Under the pieces are notes generated by a model that saw nothing but the letters and a program-made list of their open reading frames with translations, had not been told where the DNA came from and made no database searches. The translations under genes were made by a program, and so were the position numbers. This document shows, piece after piece, positions 23,806-37,000 of a stretch of 64,000 bases of DNA. Numbering within the stretch: the stretch's first letter is position 1; the number at the start of each line of letters is the position of its first letter. This DNA is from Macrostomum lignano (lineage: Eukaryota), in assembly GCA_002269645.1 (NCBI GenBank), contig NIVC01003259.1:44950-108949 (forward strand). The letters are read 5' to 3'.

Positions 23806-24655
23806 ACTATCTTTCCATTGTTGCGGCGGAAGTGAGAATTCGGAAGACTGCAGTTATTTTTCACTTCATTTATATATATACAATTTGCGGAACACTGACC
23901 ACTGAATACAGTACCCTCAAATCCCCATTAAATGTACATCATTATTTGTTCCCCACCAACCCCAATCCAGTTCTTCCTCAAACCGACCAATCCTCTCCAA
24001 TCAGCATAAAATGTACATCATTATTTGTTCCCCACCAACCCCAATCCAGTTGTTCCTCAAACCGACCAATCGAACCCCCCTCCCTAATTTTCTTTCCAAG
24101 AACGGTGTACACAGCGCAGTTGTTGTGGTAGACTAGAAAAAGAATAATAATTACTCGTACACGCCGATATTATTCTGGCGCAATAACAAACTTTGTGCTT
24201 AGTAGACCCCAGACCTTTATCTAATAAAATTTCCCACAATATTTACTTTATATTCATTGGGCTTCGTTCTGTACCATAAACCGCCTATACAGTTGTAAAA
24301 CTGAGATCAACGGAAGAGCCTAGCAGTGAGAGCGTCGTGAGCCCCAACTAGCTTTTATGATCCGAACACTGTATCATCCAGCCCTTCCGATTTTCATACC
24401 TATATTTTTCCCTTTACACCGGCGGCAAGACTTGAACTAACCACAGCTCTGCCCAGCCCCTTATATCTCTCAGTGTACAATGGGGAGGGGGGGGACATAG
24501 GTGCGTAGGCCTGCGCCATTGCTTAACCAACCTCAGACCCATACAACGCCTAACCCCCTCCTCTCGGATTTCCCCCATCCCACTTTCAAACCCAATGCAA
24601 TAGGGCTCTATACTACCATGGCCCTCCTATCTCCGCAGTGCAAGTGCGGCAGAGT

Positions 24656-24926
24656 CTGGGTTTTTTGTGCGAATGGGTGCGAATAGCATCCTGGTCTTAA
24701 AAATCGCACCCTGAAATTTGACTCAGGGTGTGAAAAGCGCACCAGAATTTTTTGCAAGGATGTGATGCGGATTTAACAATTTAGTTTTATGGACGTCTTT
24801 AGTGTTATTAGTGTTAGACCAGTTTTTGTCTGCAGCAGTGCAGCGCATCCTGGTCTTGAAAATCGCACCCTGAAATCTAGCACAGGGTGCGAAATCGCAC
24901 CCAAGTTATGGACGAAAAAAACCCAG
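24656..24926. mobile_element. 271-bp MITE with 11-bp TIR and 8-bp TSD
   Basis: TIR ctgggtttttt / aaaaaacccag. TSD ggcagagt at 24648-24655 and 24927-24934. Internal direct repeat gcatcctggtctt(a/g)aaaatcgcaccctgaaa. Confidence 0.8.
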
Positions 24927-24954
24927 GGCAGAGTTGCATATGCGTTTCACCACT

Positions 24955-27697
24955 AGAGTTGAACAACTGTTTTAGAGCTCACCTCTCTGTCCCTGCACAG
25001 TGAAAGTGCGGCAGAGTTGAACAACTGTTTTAGAGCTCACCTCTCTGTCCCTGCACAGTGAAAGTGCGGCAGAGTTGAACAACTGTTTTTTAGAGCTCAC
25101 CTCTCTGTCCCTGCACATTAAAGTGCGGCAGAGTTGAACAACTGTTTTAGAGCTCACCTCTCTGTCCCTGCACAGTGAAAGTGCGGCAGAGTTGAACAAC
25201 TGTTTTAGAGCTCACCTCTCTGTCCCTGCACAGTGAAAATGCGGCAGAGTTGAACAACTGTTTTAGAGCTCACCTCTCTGTCCCTGCACAGTGAAAATGC
25301 GGCAGAGTTGAACAACTGTTTTAGAGCTCACCTCTCTGTCCCTGCACATTAAAGTGCGGCAGAGTTGAACAACTGTTTCAGAGCTTACCTCTCTGTCCCT
25401 GCACATTAAAGTGCGGCAGAGTTGAACAACTGTTTTAGAGCTCACCTCTCTGTCCCTGCACAGTGAAAGTGCGGCAGAGTTGAACAACTGTTTTAGAGCT
25501 CACCTCTCTGTCCCTGCACAGTGAAAGTGCGGCAGAGTTGAACAACTGTTTTAGAGCTCACCTCTCTGTCCCTGCACAGTGAAAGTGCGGCAGAGTTGAA
25601 CAACTGTTTTAGAGCTCACCTCTCTGTCCCTGCACATTAAATTGCGGCAGAGTTGAACAACTGTTTTAGAGCTCACCTCTCTGTCCCTGCACAGTGAAAG
25701 TGCGGCAGAGTTGAACAACTGTTTTAGAGCTCACCTCTCTGTCCCTGCACAGTGAAAGTGCGGCAGAGTTGAACAACTGTTTTAGAGCTCACCTCTCTGT
25801 CCCTGCACAGTGAAAGTGCGGCAGAGTTGAACAACTGTTTTTTAGAGCTCACCTCTCTGTCCCTGCACATTAAAGTGCGGCAGAGTTGAACAACTGTTTT
25901 AGAGCTCACCTCTCTGTCCCTGCACAGTGAAAGTGCGGCAGAGTTGAACAACTGTTTTAGAGCTCACCTCTCTGTCCCTGCACAGTGAAAATGCGGCAGA
26001 GTTGAACAACTGTTTTAGAGCTCACCTCTCTGTCCCTGCACAGTGAAAATGCGGCAGAGTTGAACAACTGTTTTAGAGCTCACCTCTCTGTCCCTGCACA
26101 TTAAAGTGCGGCAGAGTTGAACAACTGTTTTAGAGCTCACCTCTCTGTCCCTGCACATTAAAGTGCGGCAGAGTTGAACAACTGTTTTAGAGCTCACCTC
26201 TCTGTCCCTGCACATTAAAGTGCGGCAGAGTTGAACAACTGTTTTAGAGCTCACCTCTCTGTCCCTGCACAGTGAAAGTGCGGCAGAGTTGAACAACTGT
26301 TTCAGAGCTCACCTCTCTGTCCCTGCACAGTGAAAGTGCGGCAGAGTTGAACAACTGTTTTAGAGCTCACCTCTCTGTCCCTGCACATTAAAGTGCGGCA
26401 GAGTTGAACAACTGTTTCAGAGCTCACCTCTCTGTCCCTGCACAGTGAAAGTGCGGCAGAGTTGAACAACTGTTTTAGAGCTCACCTCTCTGTCCCTGCA
26501 CAGTGAAAATGCGGCAGAGTTGAATAACTGTTTCAGAGCTTACCTCTCTGTCCCTGCACAATAAAGTGCGGCAGAGTTGAACAACTGTTTTAGAGCTCAC
26601 CTCTCTGTCCCTGCACAGTGAAAATGCGGCAGAGTTGAACAACTGTTTTAGAGCTCACCTCTCTGTCCCTGCACAGTGAAAGTGCGGCAGAGTTGAACAA
26701 CTGTTTTAGAGCTCACCTCTCTGTCCCTGCACATTAAATTGCGGCAGAGTTGAACAACTGTTTTAGAGCTCACCTCTCTGTCCCTGCACAGTGAAAGTGC
26801 GGCAGAGTTGAACAACTGTTTTAGAGCTCACCTCTCTGTCCCTGCACAGTGAAAGTGCGGCAGAGTTGAACAACTGTTTTAGAGCTCACCTCTCTGTCCC
26901 TGCACAGTGAAAGTGCGGCAGAGTTGAACAACTGTTTTTTAGAGCTCACCTCTCTGTCCCTGCACATTAAAGTGCGGCAGAGTTGAACAACTGTTTTAGA
27001 GCTCACCTCTCTGTCCCTGCACAGTGAAAGTGCGGCAGAGTTGAACAACTGTTTTAGAGCTCACCTCTCTGTCCCTGCACAGTGAAAATGCGGCAGAGTT
27101 GAACAACTGTTTTAGAGCTCACCTCTCTGTCCCTGCACAGTGAAAATGCGGCAGAGTTGAACAACTGTTTTAGAGCTCACCTCTCTGTCCCTGCACATTA
27201 AAGTGCGGCAGAGTTGAACAACTGTTTTAGAGCTCACCTCTCTGTCCCTGCACATTAAAGTGCGGCAGAGTTGAACAACTGTTTTAGAGCTCACCTCTCT
27301 GTCCCTGCACATTAAAGTGCGGCAGAGTTGAACAACTGTTTTAGAGCTCACCTCTCTGTCCCTGCACAGTGAAAGTGCGGCAGAGTTGAACAACTGTTTC
27401 AGAGCTCACCTCTCTGTCCCTGCACAGTGAAAGTGCGGCAGAGTTGAACAACTGTTTTAGAGCTCACCTCTCTGTCCCTGCACATTAAAGTGCGGCAGAG
27501 TTGAACAACTGTTTCAGAGCTCACCTCTCTGTCCCTGCACAGTGAAAGTGCGGCAGAGTTGAACAACTGTTTTAGAGCTCACCTCTCTGTCCCTGCACAT
27601 TAAAGTGCGGCAGAGTTGAATAACTGTTTTAGAGCTCACCTCTCTGTCCCTGCACAGTGAAAGTGCGGCAGAGTTGAATAACTGTTTTAGAGCTCAC
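24955..27697. repeat. 58-bp tandem satellite, ~47 units
   Basis: Unit agagttgaacaactgttttagagctcacctctctgtccctgcacagtgaaagtgcggc. Variant patterns repeat at 752-bp and 1097-bp offsets. Confidence 0.95.
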
Positions 27698-27947
27698 CAA
27701 CCTCACCTCCATTTCAAAACCCCAACCTTTCCACTCAAGCCCCGCACCCGGTACAAAGTTTATTGCCCATTTATTAGAATCGCCAGAGCCAGACACTCAA
27801 GAAGACCAGAGCCTCTCTCTTATCTATTTCACTCCGCACTGACAAATAGTGCGGCAGAGTTGCATAGGCATGCTATAGGATAAACACAGTGGGGACGCCG
27901 AGGAGTTGCAATGGCCAGGCACAAATTGAGGTGGACGTTTCCACGCT

Positions 27948-28434
27948 ATGCCTACCTTGTTTTTAATTTGTTTACTCTGCTATTCCAAAACCTTCCGATT
28001 CTTTGCTTTGCTGCCTGCCTCCCCCAGTGCGGCAGAGTTGCATAAGCGTTTCACCACCCAGCCAATCACACCCACCCCACGCCCTTATTTCCATTGGCTA
28101 TCTCAGCTGGCTCTTTTACGCCCTCCTATCATTTTACATTACCGCCTATCTCCGCAGTGCAAGTGCGGCAGAGTTGCATAAACTCATACTACTTCCAAGG
28201 AACTACATCGCCATCACGGCACCCACATCCTACACCGACCCGCTATACTGGACTGACCACGTGATGAGCAGCCTGGATTGCACGACCAGGTGCAAAGCTG
28301 GTCAGTGCGAGGCTGTGCTGTTTGATAAGCGTCGACGCGCCTGCCACCCGTTGAGGTATCCACTGATACCTTATCCGGATCTGTACAACACGACCGGAGA
28401 GTTGTTCGAGTGTGAAGAAACAAACATACGATAA
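27948..28434 (+). CDS. Putative small secreted Cys-rich (PAN/apple-like) protein, split between two frames
   Basis: Hydrophobic N-terminus MPTLFLICLLCYS and Cys pattern 'DCTTRCKAGQCEAVLFD...C'. The two parts join in frame if one copy of a 20-bp direct repeat and the ~115 bp between the copies are removed. Confidence 0.4.
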
Positions 28435-28482
28435 TTACGACGTAATATTATTATTCGATCTTTTTGATAAAAAAATAGGGGG

Positions 28483-29472
28483 GTTTCACAAACTCGAAAT
28501 TTCACAACGTCGAAAGCACCCTCTTTCATAAGGTCGAAATTTCACAAGGTCGAAATTTCACAACATCGAAAACTTTTAGCAAGAGACTTCATAAGGTCGA
28601 AATTTCACAAGGTCGAAAACTCAAATAGCAGCCACTTTCATAAGATCGAAATTTTACAATGTAAAAACTGAGAATTTAGCAGCTTCAATTATGAAAAGAT
28701 CAAAATTTTACAATGTAGAAAACTAATGTATTTATTGTGTCAATGTTTATATATAATTATTTTTTGTTTTAATAGCTTTGGTTCAGAGAAGTTTTTAATC
28801 ACCTCTTCTTTAAGTAGTTCAACGTCAAGGAGTGCTGAGTGCTCTGCTAAGTGTCTTATGACTACTGGGACGATGGGTTAGTTTACATAAGCTGTAAGTT
28901 TAGCTATATAGTTGGGAAGCATTTTGGAATTAGAGCAGTAAAAAGCACCTAAAATTTGGTATCAGAAGTAGGATAAATTTAGGGGAAAAGAGAAAAACTT
29001 TGAAAAGAGAAAAAAGCCCTATAACTTTGGCAATGACTGGTTAGGATAAATTAGACTAAGTGACAAACAGAAAAACACCTACAACATATATAGGCCTACT
29101 AAACAACAATAGAATATAGAAAAGCCTCGAAGGCTTACAATTATTAAGTCTTCTGCTAGAGTTTTCGATGTTGTGAAATTTCGACCTTGTGAAAGTGGCT
29201 GCTATTTGAGTTCCGATGTTATGAAATTTCGACCTTATGAAAGTGGCTGCTTTTCGAGTTTTCGATGTTGTGAAATTTCGACCTTATGAAGTCTCTTGCT
29301 AAAGTTTTCGATGTTGTGAAATTTCGACCTTGTGAAATTTCGACCTTATGAAGTCTCTTGCTAAAGTTTTCGATGTTGTGAAATTTCGACCTTGTGAAAT
29401 TTCGACCTTATGAAGTCTTCTGCTAGAGTTTTCGATGTTGTGAAATTTCGACCTTGTGAAATTTCGACCTTG
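28483..29472. mobile_element. Foldback-like structure: inverted blocks of ~16-bp tandem subrepeats around an AT-rich core
   Basis: aaggtcgaaatttcac repeats at ~28490-28720 and their reverse complement at ~29160-29472. No TSD was identified. Confidence 0.6.
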
Positions 29473-30516
29473 TTTAGCCCTCTACCACAGGCGTATGTGA
29501 CGCATGCATTTTTGTGCTGAATATTCATCTGGTTTTCTGAGCCAATACGTTCTCAGCCCACATTTAACCTGGAAAGTAATGAAAGATTGAGAAAATTTAA
29601 TTAAATATTGTGAAGGGCTTAGCTCTGTATTCGTTACAGGAAGGTGAAAATGTTTTTAACTTACCCGCAATGACGTGCATACGATACCAAACTAAACGTT
29701 GATTAAGATTGCTGAAACAAAAGCTGTTTTAAACTTTGTAACTTTGCAGCTTGCCTGTGTATACAAGCAGCGCTTCAGCAGGAAGTGTAAAGTCATGGAC
29801 TTTTATAACGGTTAGTAACTGGATTAGAACCCCAACGAAGACAAAAAAATCTCCCTAAGAAAATGCCAATCAAATTTCTTCTTGATGCAAACGTCAAGTT
29901 AAAACAAAAAAGCTTTGAATGCCTTTTATTTAGGACGCATTTAGGAATCGATGAGGCATGATTCAGCATATCGTGACAATGCCCTGTTAAGGGCAATTTT
30001 GCTTGTGTATCTTTCTCTGCGCGTGCACGATTTGGAAAATTTGAATTTGGCTCTCTCTCTCCGCGTTATTTGCATATGCATGCATAGAACTTCTAGTCCA
30101 TACACGCTTTATCATTAGTAGTCCATGAATGAAACCATTCTGCAAGGCCTGCTCGCCAACCGAGAGGAGAACACTGGAGAAGGAAATTAAAGAAATCAGC
30201 TGTGCGCTCGCGTGCCGAGAGAAACACTGACTGGCTCTGGTCGCTGCATGGCTAAAACGCTGGGTCAATAGAATTGGCTGGCTATGGGGGTGTTTTCAGT
30301 CTAGCCTGTAGAGAATACTACGCTGCTTTCAACTCAACTTATATATTAAAATCCACTTGAGAAGTGGCGCATATCACTGAGTCACGCCCAAAGGGTAAGA
30401 GTAAGGTAAAAAACAATAGGAATCGCTTTCATTAGCAAAAGCAGCCGTTGCTTAAAAGCCATTTTGCATCCATTTCTATTTTGCTCTAACCGACTCTAAC
30501 TGGCCCTAACTGCTAG

Positions 30517-31680
30517 ATGGGCAAGAATCGTCTATGCTTAAAGATCCTGGCATCGGGAGCAGTTGTCAGTCTCATTGTGCTCCTGACCAGAGAGCTATTA
30601 GTCACCACTGCCAGCCGGCCGTCCGTGTATCCGCGCCTGTTGGTGAGCTACCTGAATGAGCACATGACGTTCCATCGCTCAAATTCTACAGTAAGAACGA
30701 GAAATAAGTCACGAACAGTTGCCCTGAAATCGGTGGTCTCAACGCGGTGGAACAGAAGTGCCCACAATATCACTTATCCAATGTTGTACGACGCGCTCAA
30801 ACCAGTCTCTGGCCCGGTCAACTTCTCGGCTGCAGTTGCGGCATCGGCGGCCGCGGCTGCAAGCGCCGGTGCCTGTCAGCGGCCGAAGTCGGAGAGCATG
30901 GTGCACTGCCTTCAAGCCAATGCGACACCGGAGATGCAGCTGCAGGAGCCGAAGAACTCAGGGATAGTTGACGGCGGCTTCTGGGCTCCGCGGAGCTGCT
31001 GGCCGCCGCTGTCGCGAACCGCAGTGCTCGTGCCTTACCGGAACCGCAGCAAAAATCTGGACACATTTGTGCCCTACATGCACAGACTGCTGCGCAAGCA
31101 GAACATCCTGTTCGGACTGTTCGTGGTGGAACAGGCGGACTGGCGACTGTTCAATCGAGCCAAGCTGCTCAACATTGGCTTTCTACTGTCGCAGAGATTC
31201 TACCAGTTCGACTGCTTTGTCTTCCACGATTCCGACAAGGTGCCTGAGAATGTTGCCAACGTCTACGACTGCAAGAACGCTCCGAAGCTGCTCATCTCCG
31301 AGATGCGATCGCAGGCCAGTAGCAAGTATTCGAAAGGCAAATTGTATCACAATTTTTTCGGCGGAGTCTCAGCCGTCACTAAAGACGCTTTCGTCAAGAT
31401 CAACGGCAATTCGAATCGGTACTACGGCTGGGGCCGAGAGGATGACGAGCTGGCGGCCAGGCTGTCCATATCCGGGTTCAGCATCCGGTACAGCGGCGGC
31501 GCGGAGGCCCGCTACATCAACCTCCGACACAGTGAAGACGTCATTGTCAACAAAATGCCCTGGCCCTACGCGCACAAAGTCCGACAAACAATGGCCACCG
31601 ATGGACTCAACAGCGTCAACTATACGGGGTTGAGTATTCACCTGCACCCATTGTTTGTACTGATTAGGGCTGAGGTGTGA
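30517..31680 (+). CDS. Beta-1,4-galactosyl/GalNAc-transferase (GT7 family), intronless type II membrane protein
   Basis: N-terminal TM segment; motifs 'VLVPYRNR', 'VVEQ', 'FNRAKLLNIGF', 'FHDSD' (DxD), 'FGGVSA', 'INGNSNRYYGWGREDDE'. Confidence 0.92.
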   Translation: MGKNRLCLKILASGAVVSLIVLLTRELLVTTASRPSVYPRLLVSYLNEHMTFHRSNSTVRTRNKSRTVALKSVVSTRWNRSAHNITYPMLYDALKPVSGPVNFSAAVAASAAAAASAGACQRPKSESMVHCLQANATPEMQLQEPKNSGIVDGGFWAPRSCWPPLSRTAVLVPYRNRSKNLDTFVPYMHRLLRKQNILFGLFVVEQADWRLFNRAKLLNIGFLLSQRFYQFDCFVFHDSDKVPENVANVYDCKNAPKLLISEMRSQASSKYSKGKLYHNFFGGVSAVTKDAFVKINGNSNRYYGWGREDDELAARLSISGFSIRYSGGAEARYINLRHSEDVIVNKMPWPYAHKVRQTMATDGLNSVNYTGLSIHLHPLFVLIRAEV

Positions 31681-32944
31681 CTGAGGTGGCTCGTTGCAAT
31701 CGCATTTCAGCTGTCTTGATGCACTCGACAATCACAATCAGACCACAATATCGGACGTATAATTGCTTTATTTGGAATTAAAACGCTTTCTAAACGACAA
31801 CAACATTCTATCGAGTGCTAACTCTGAACAATACCTTTTTTATAACCCGTTTTGAAAAATATCATTGTAGAAAGCTTCAACTGTCACGTTAAGCTACACC
31901 TAGAGTTTGCATTAGCAATCAGCTCTACAGTGTATCTTTAGAGCGATATGGCAGCAAACTCACCGTTTAGAATATTCCAGGGAAGCCACTCAACTTGAGT
32001 GACATGCGGGAATATTGAAAATGCGTGTAGCTATCCCTGAGGAAGCCAGGAGTAAATCGCAAACGCGAGGGGCGAAGCAAAGTACAGTTAGCTGGGTACG
32101 GCATAGTGAAATTCTCTCCCTACAAAGGGCGACGATCGATAAAACCTCCAGAGCTTATAAGAATGGAGACACAACCTGTGGACACAAGCTGCACTGTGTG
32201 CACACAATTCTTTCTCAGCAGAGAGAAAACTCGCATGCTGAGCGTGAAATTGAGTCAATAAAGGCTAGGTTTGCTTTTACCTGGGCTGAACCTGAAGTTT
32301 AATTTCGATGCATAAAAATGGAAGAATCTCCTGTCACAGTTTCAGGTTTGACTGTACACATGGAAAATGAGACATCCAATAAGTAAAATTGATGTTCAAA
32401 TATTAGTTTGCATTTTTATTATAATTCTAAAACGCGGTGATATGAATTGTCTTTGAATTAATTGTTTCCAAGGAATCTTTAACTTTTGCTTTTAAAGTTG
32501 TTCGTTTCTTGCTATATTTTCGCAATTTACTGCATCCAAAAGACGTAATTCTCACACATATTAATTCCTTAATTAAAAATCAATTGCGGTATGAAATGCG
32601 TGCACTTATAAAGTTTAGTCCTTAAAGAGTTCATTATTTTCTTATTATAAATTGCCAGTGCTGCTAGCACAATCGTTGAATCAAGGATATCAAAATTGCA
32701 CATTGAAACTATGAGATATTTAAGATCAGAGAATGGATCTGAAGACTTGAATTCAACAGTAAATCAAGACCGCTCACTAGCATGTAGCATGTACTCGTAG
32801 TAACGCATGTAGCGTTAGGCGCTCAAATGAGCAACCCGAAACACATCAAAATAGGCGCCTCCGCAATTACCAATATTAGCCTCTCCGAATTCTAAAATTG
32901 TTGGTGCCATTAATAACTCTCAATAGGCACCCTTATGATACGCA

Positions 32945-33260
32945 AATCGGCGCTCTCATAACACCTCAATCGTGCCCTCATAACGCTTCAATCGGCGCTC
33001 TCATAACACTTCATTGGCGTCCTCATAACACCTCAATCGGCGCTCTCATAACACCTCAATCGGCGCTTTTATAACACCCCAATCGGCGTCCCCAAAGTAC
33101 CACGATCGGCGCACACTTATAAATCCAATCTAGCGCCCTCAAAACACTCGAATCGGCGCCCTCACAATACCCCGATCGGCGCCCTCATAACACCCCAATC
33201 GGCGAATCATAAACACACAGATTAGCGCCTAAAACACTCGAATCGGCGCCTCACAAAACA
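32945..33260. repeat. ~23-bp degenerate minisatellite (aatcggcgctctcataacacctc)
   Basis: About 12 imperfect tandem copies. Confidence 0.85.
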
Positions 33261-34049
33261 AGTATAAAAAAAACAAAAATGAAGGCCGTTTAGAAAGCAT
33301 TTAAACTGATAATACCAAACACCACAAACAGTGGATACTATTGTACAATATTTATTAGTAGTATTAATATCAGAAATTAAATAATTCACAACATAGAGAC
33401 AACTAGGGTAAACTTGCACAGAATACACGTCAATAAAAGTTTGATTAATAAAACAACTTGTGAAATTGATAAATAGCCAATAAAAGATGACTTACGCGGG
33501 AAAATTTGTTCCGAAATTCAAAACATTGCGAGGTATAAAAAGTTGAACAGATCCAATGAGAAAGTGACAAAAATTGTGATTGCTTACTGCAAATCAATTA
33601 ATTAAATAAGGAGCAGATAAATATAATTATGATTAAAGACGCAAAGATGATCAATAAAGATTGAAATTATTAAAATCGTATTGCAAGATTTGTGGAGAAA
33701 ACTGACTGAATGAACAAAGAAATCAATAAAAGACTTGCATTGAAATTTTTTCAATGATTGAACAGATTAACAAAAATGAAAATTAAATAATCAAGTGAAA
33801 AAAATTGAAGTACGCAATTAACAATAAAATTGATTAAAACAATTTTAAACTAAAGCTAAAATTTAAATATTTCCAACGCATTTAAACAAAACTTATTTTA
33901 CTACAAATTTTGTAACTAATAAAACGCCGACTAACATGACTGCAGATTATGATTGAACTGACATTAAGAGGTGTTTAAAGAAAAGTTACAAAATGGGACA
34001 CCAAAACGAGACTTGAGAACTAAAAAATGTTTATTCGGTTAATTTTTAT

Positions 34050-37000
34050 TCACTCCAGTTTCACCGCGCAAGCCAGCACTGACTGCGGCGGGCAGTTGGA
34101 TGATTCAGGCTGATCTTCGCCTGCAATTTCGATGGTCAGAATGAGTCATAGAGCTGGTGGGTCATATCCTATTGGGGACTAAAATGAGTCATAGAGCTGG
34201 TAGGTCATGTCTTATTGGGGACTAAAATGAGTCATAGAGCTCTATGGGTCACATCTTATTGGGGACTAAAATGAGTCATAGAGCTGGTAGGTCTTGTCTT
34301 ATTGGGGACAAAAATGAGTCATAGAGCTGGTGGGTCATATCTTATTGGGGACTAAAATGAGTCATAAAGCTCTATGGGTCACATCTTATTGGGGACTAAA
34401 ATGAGTCATAGAGCTGGTGGGTCATATCCTATTGGGGACTAAAATGAGTCATAGAGCTGGTAGGTCATGTCTTATTGGGGACTAAAATGAGTCATAGAGC
34501 TGGTGGGTCATATCTTATTGGGGACTAAAACGAGCCATAGAGCTCTATGGGTCACATCTTATTGGGGACTAAAATGAGTCATAGAGCTGGTGGGGTTATA
34601 TCTAACGTGTTTAGATGAGTCATAGAGCTAGTGAGTCATATCCAACGGGATGAGATGAGTCATAGAGCTAGTGGGTCATATCCAACGGGATGAGATGAGT
34701 CATAGAGCTAGTGAGTCATATCCAACGGGATGAGATGAGTCATAGAGCTAGTGGGTCATATCCAAAGGGATGAGATGAGTCATAGAGCTAGTAAGTCATA
34801 TCCAACGGGATGAGATGAGTCATAGAGCTAGTGGGTCATATCCAACGGGATGAGATGAGTCATAGAGCTAGTGGGTCATATCTGTCGAGGACTAAAATGA
34901 GTCATACAGCTGGTGGGGCATATCTAAGTAGGACTAAAATGAGTCATTATTCGCAAGGTCGCTCACATTCCCAGCCAAGCCGCTGAGCACCCATGTAATT
35001 AGCTGGTCCGGGTGAAGCGCAAGGTGACTGCGATGAATCCGAGGCCGATTGAGGCGACCCAGTTTCGTATTGGTCCGGCTGGACAATGCGCTGTAAAAAT
35101 GAATAGCAAGATACGGCATTCTGTTATTGAATATGTCTGAATGAGAAATCCAAATCCTAGACATTTTTAATCCTTAGATAATGTTATAAAAGAGAAACAG
35201 TTAATTGGATTAAAAATGCTTCTGATGTCTTCTAATACTATAAGTAGGCAGTTCTGGGTTTTTTAATTGTTAAGCTTAAAATCAAACTAATTGCCACAGA
35301 AATCCCAAGAATCCTATTATTAAGTTTATGAAGCACCCGAAGTATTATTTATATAATCTAACCGTAGGACATATTATTAACATTTTTTCACGGCAAAGCA
35401 TACTCAAAATCAGTATTGGCCATAGACTATCGCTGCCATTTCAACACATGTACATCACACTGTACATCGCATAGAAGCTGGCTTAACTAGTTAGCGAGGC
35501 AAAAAGCAACCAGCGAGAGGCATTGCTACCCATTCCACCCCTGAGCAGGCACATACTCACACAGGAGTGTACCTTAGGCATGTACACTTCACTGTGCCTT
35601 GGGGGTTGGCCCTCAAGGCCGTAAATTATTGTGACTGCATGCACTTGGAATCGAGCCTGGGCTGCTGGCACATCCGAGCACCGCGCTGGACCAGTGAACT
35701 ACGTCCCCCCGCCTGCAGTCAGCACACCATAAATCTATGAATTCATAAACACAAACTGCAAACCAACCTGATCGTCTCTGTCGAAGCAAAGCCAGCCAGA
35801 ATTGGCCCAGGCCATCTCCAGCAGTTCGGCCCTGTCTGAGTCATCGTTATTATTATTATTACTATGGCAACCGCCGCCTCCGTTGCCGCTCCGCCGAACG
35901 ATGGGCAGCAGTCGCAGAGCCGATGGCGGGCCGTCTTCGAAGTCGCCATCATTGTCATCCTCCTCATCGAAGGCGTCCTCAGCGCCGCTGCCATCGTTAT
36001 TCCCGTTGCTATGGTTATTGTTGTTGTTGCCAGGGTCCGGCTGGTCCTCATCGGACTCAGCTTCATCGTCATTGTCTGAGAACTGCTGTTCAGCTTCCAG
36101 AATGGGCAGCAGGCTGGTGCAGGGAGGCGGAGGCGGCAGACCTCGGCGCTGCTGCTGCTGCTGATGACGCAGGGCGGCCTCCGAAACTGCGGCGGCTGCG
36201 GCAGCCAGAAATCCCGGATGAGGAAATCCGTGCTGATGAGGCTGGCCGGGATACTGATGAGGCAAATGAGGCGGCGGCGGAGGCAGCAGGCCTGGTGGGA
36301 AGCCCGGATGAGGCGGCGGCGGATGCTGGGCGGATGAAGAGTGGCCCGTGGCGGCTCCGCGCTGGTGCTGATGCGGGTGGTGATGAGGGTGCAGGTGCGG
36401 GTGGTGGAACCACGGCTCTAGCGGGCGTTGGTACCTGCGAGTTGCATAAGGTTGTGGTGGGAGCGGTGAGTAATTGTCATGTCTAGTAAAAACTGATGTC
36501 TCAGGGCAATGTCAACTAAGAGACATCCCACATGATGTCTCTCCAACATGTTTTCAAGACATGTTATCATGTCTATTGATGTCGATTAAGGGTTTTGCAA
36601 TGTGTCCGAGACATTTTTCATCTTTACCTGGGTAATATAAACAATTATGCTATATGTTGACCCTGCGACAATTAACCCTCTTGACTTAGCATAGAGTCGT
36701 CTTTTTCTCCATCAGTGGTCTGCACTGCGACACAATAAAACTGCAACTGCTGTTCATCGCTCAAGATCGACAGCTGATCATCGCCGACATGTGCCAAGTC
36801 GACGAATCGCATGCTGTTCGTTGATGACGCTAAGAAGCTGCACACTGTGTGCTCCATCACTGGGATGCAGCTGGCCTCGAACAGACGTGTGCAGGACAAA
36901 GGAAAGTTCGACCAGAATGCTGAACTGCCGCGAGGCAACCAAAACATGGCCTCTTTGTCCAGCAGGTCAGCAGCGCCTTTGGAACGCCTTACTTCGGTGC

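Noticed and set aside
24955-27697. GTTTTAGAGCT in every unit resembles the start of the type II-A CRISPR repeat
   Set aside because: There are no unique spacers (the whole 58 bp is repeated), no cas genes, and the context is eukaryotic. It is a satellite.
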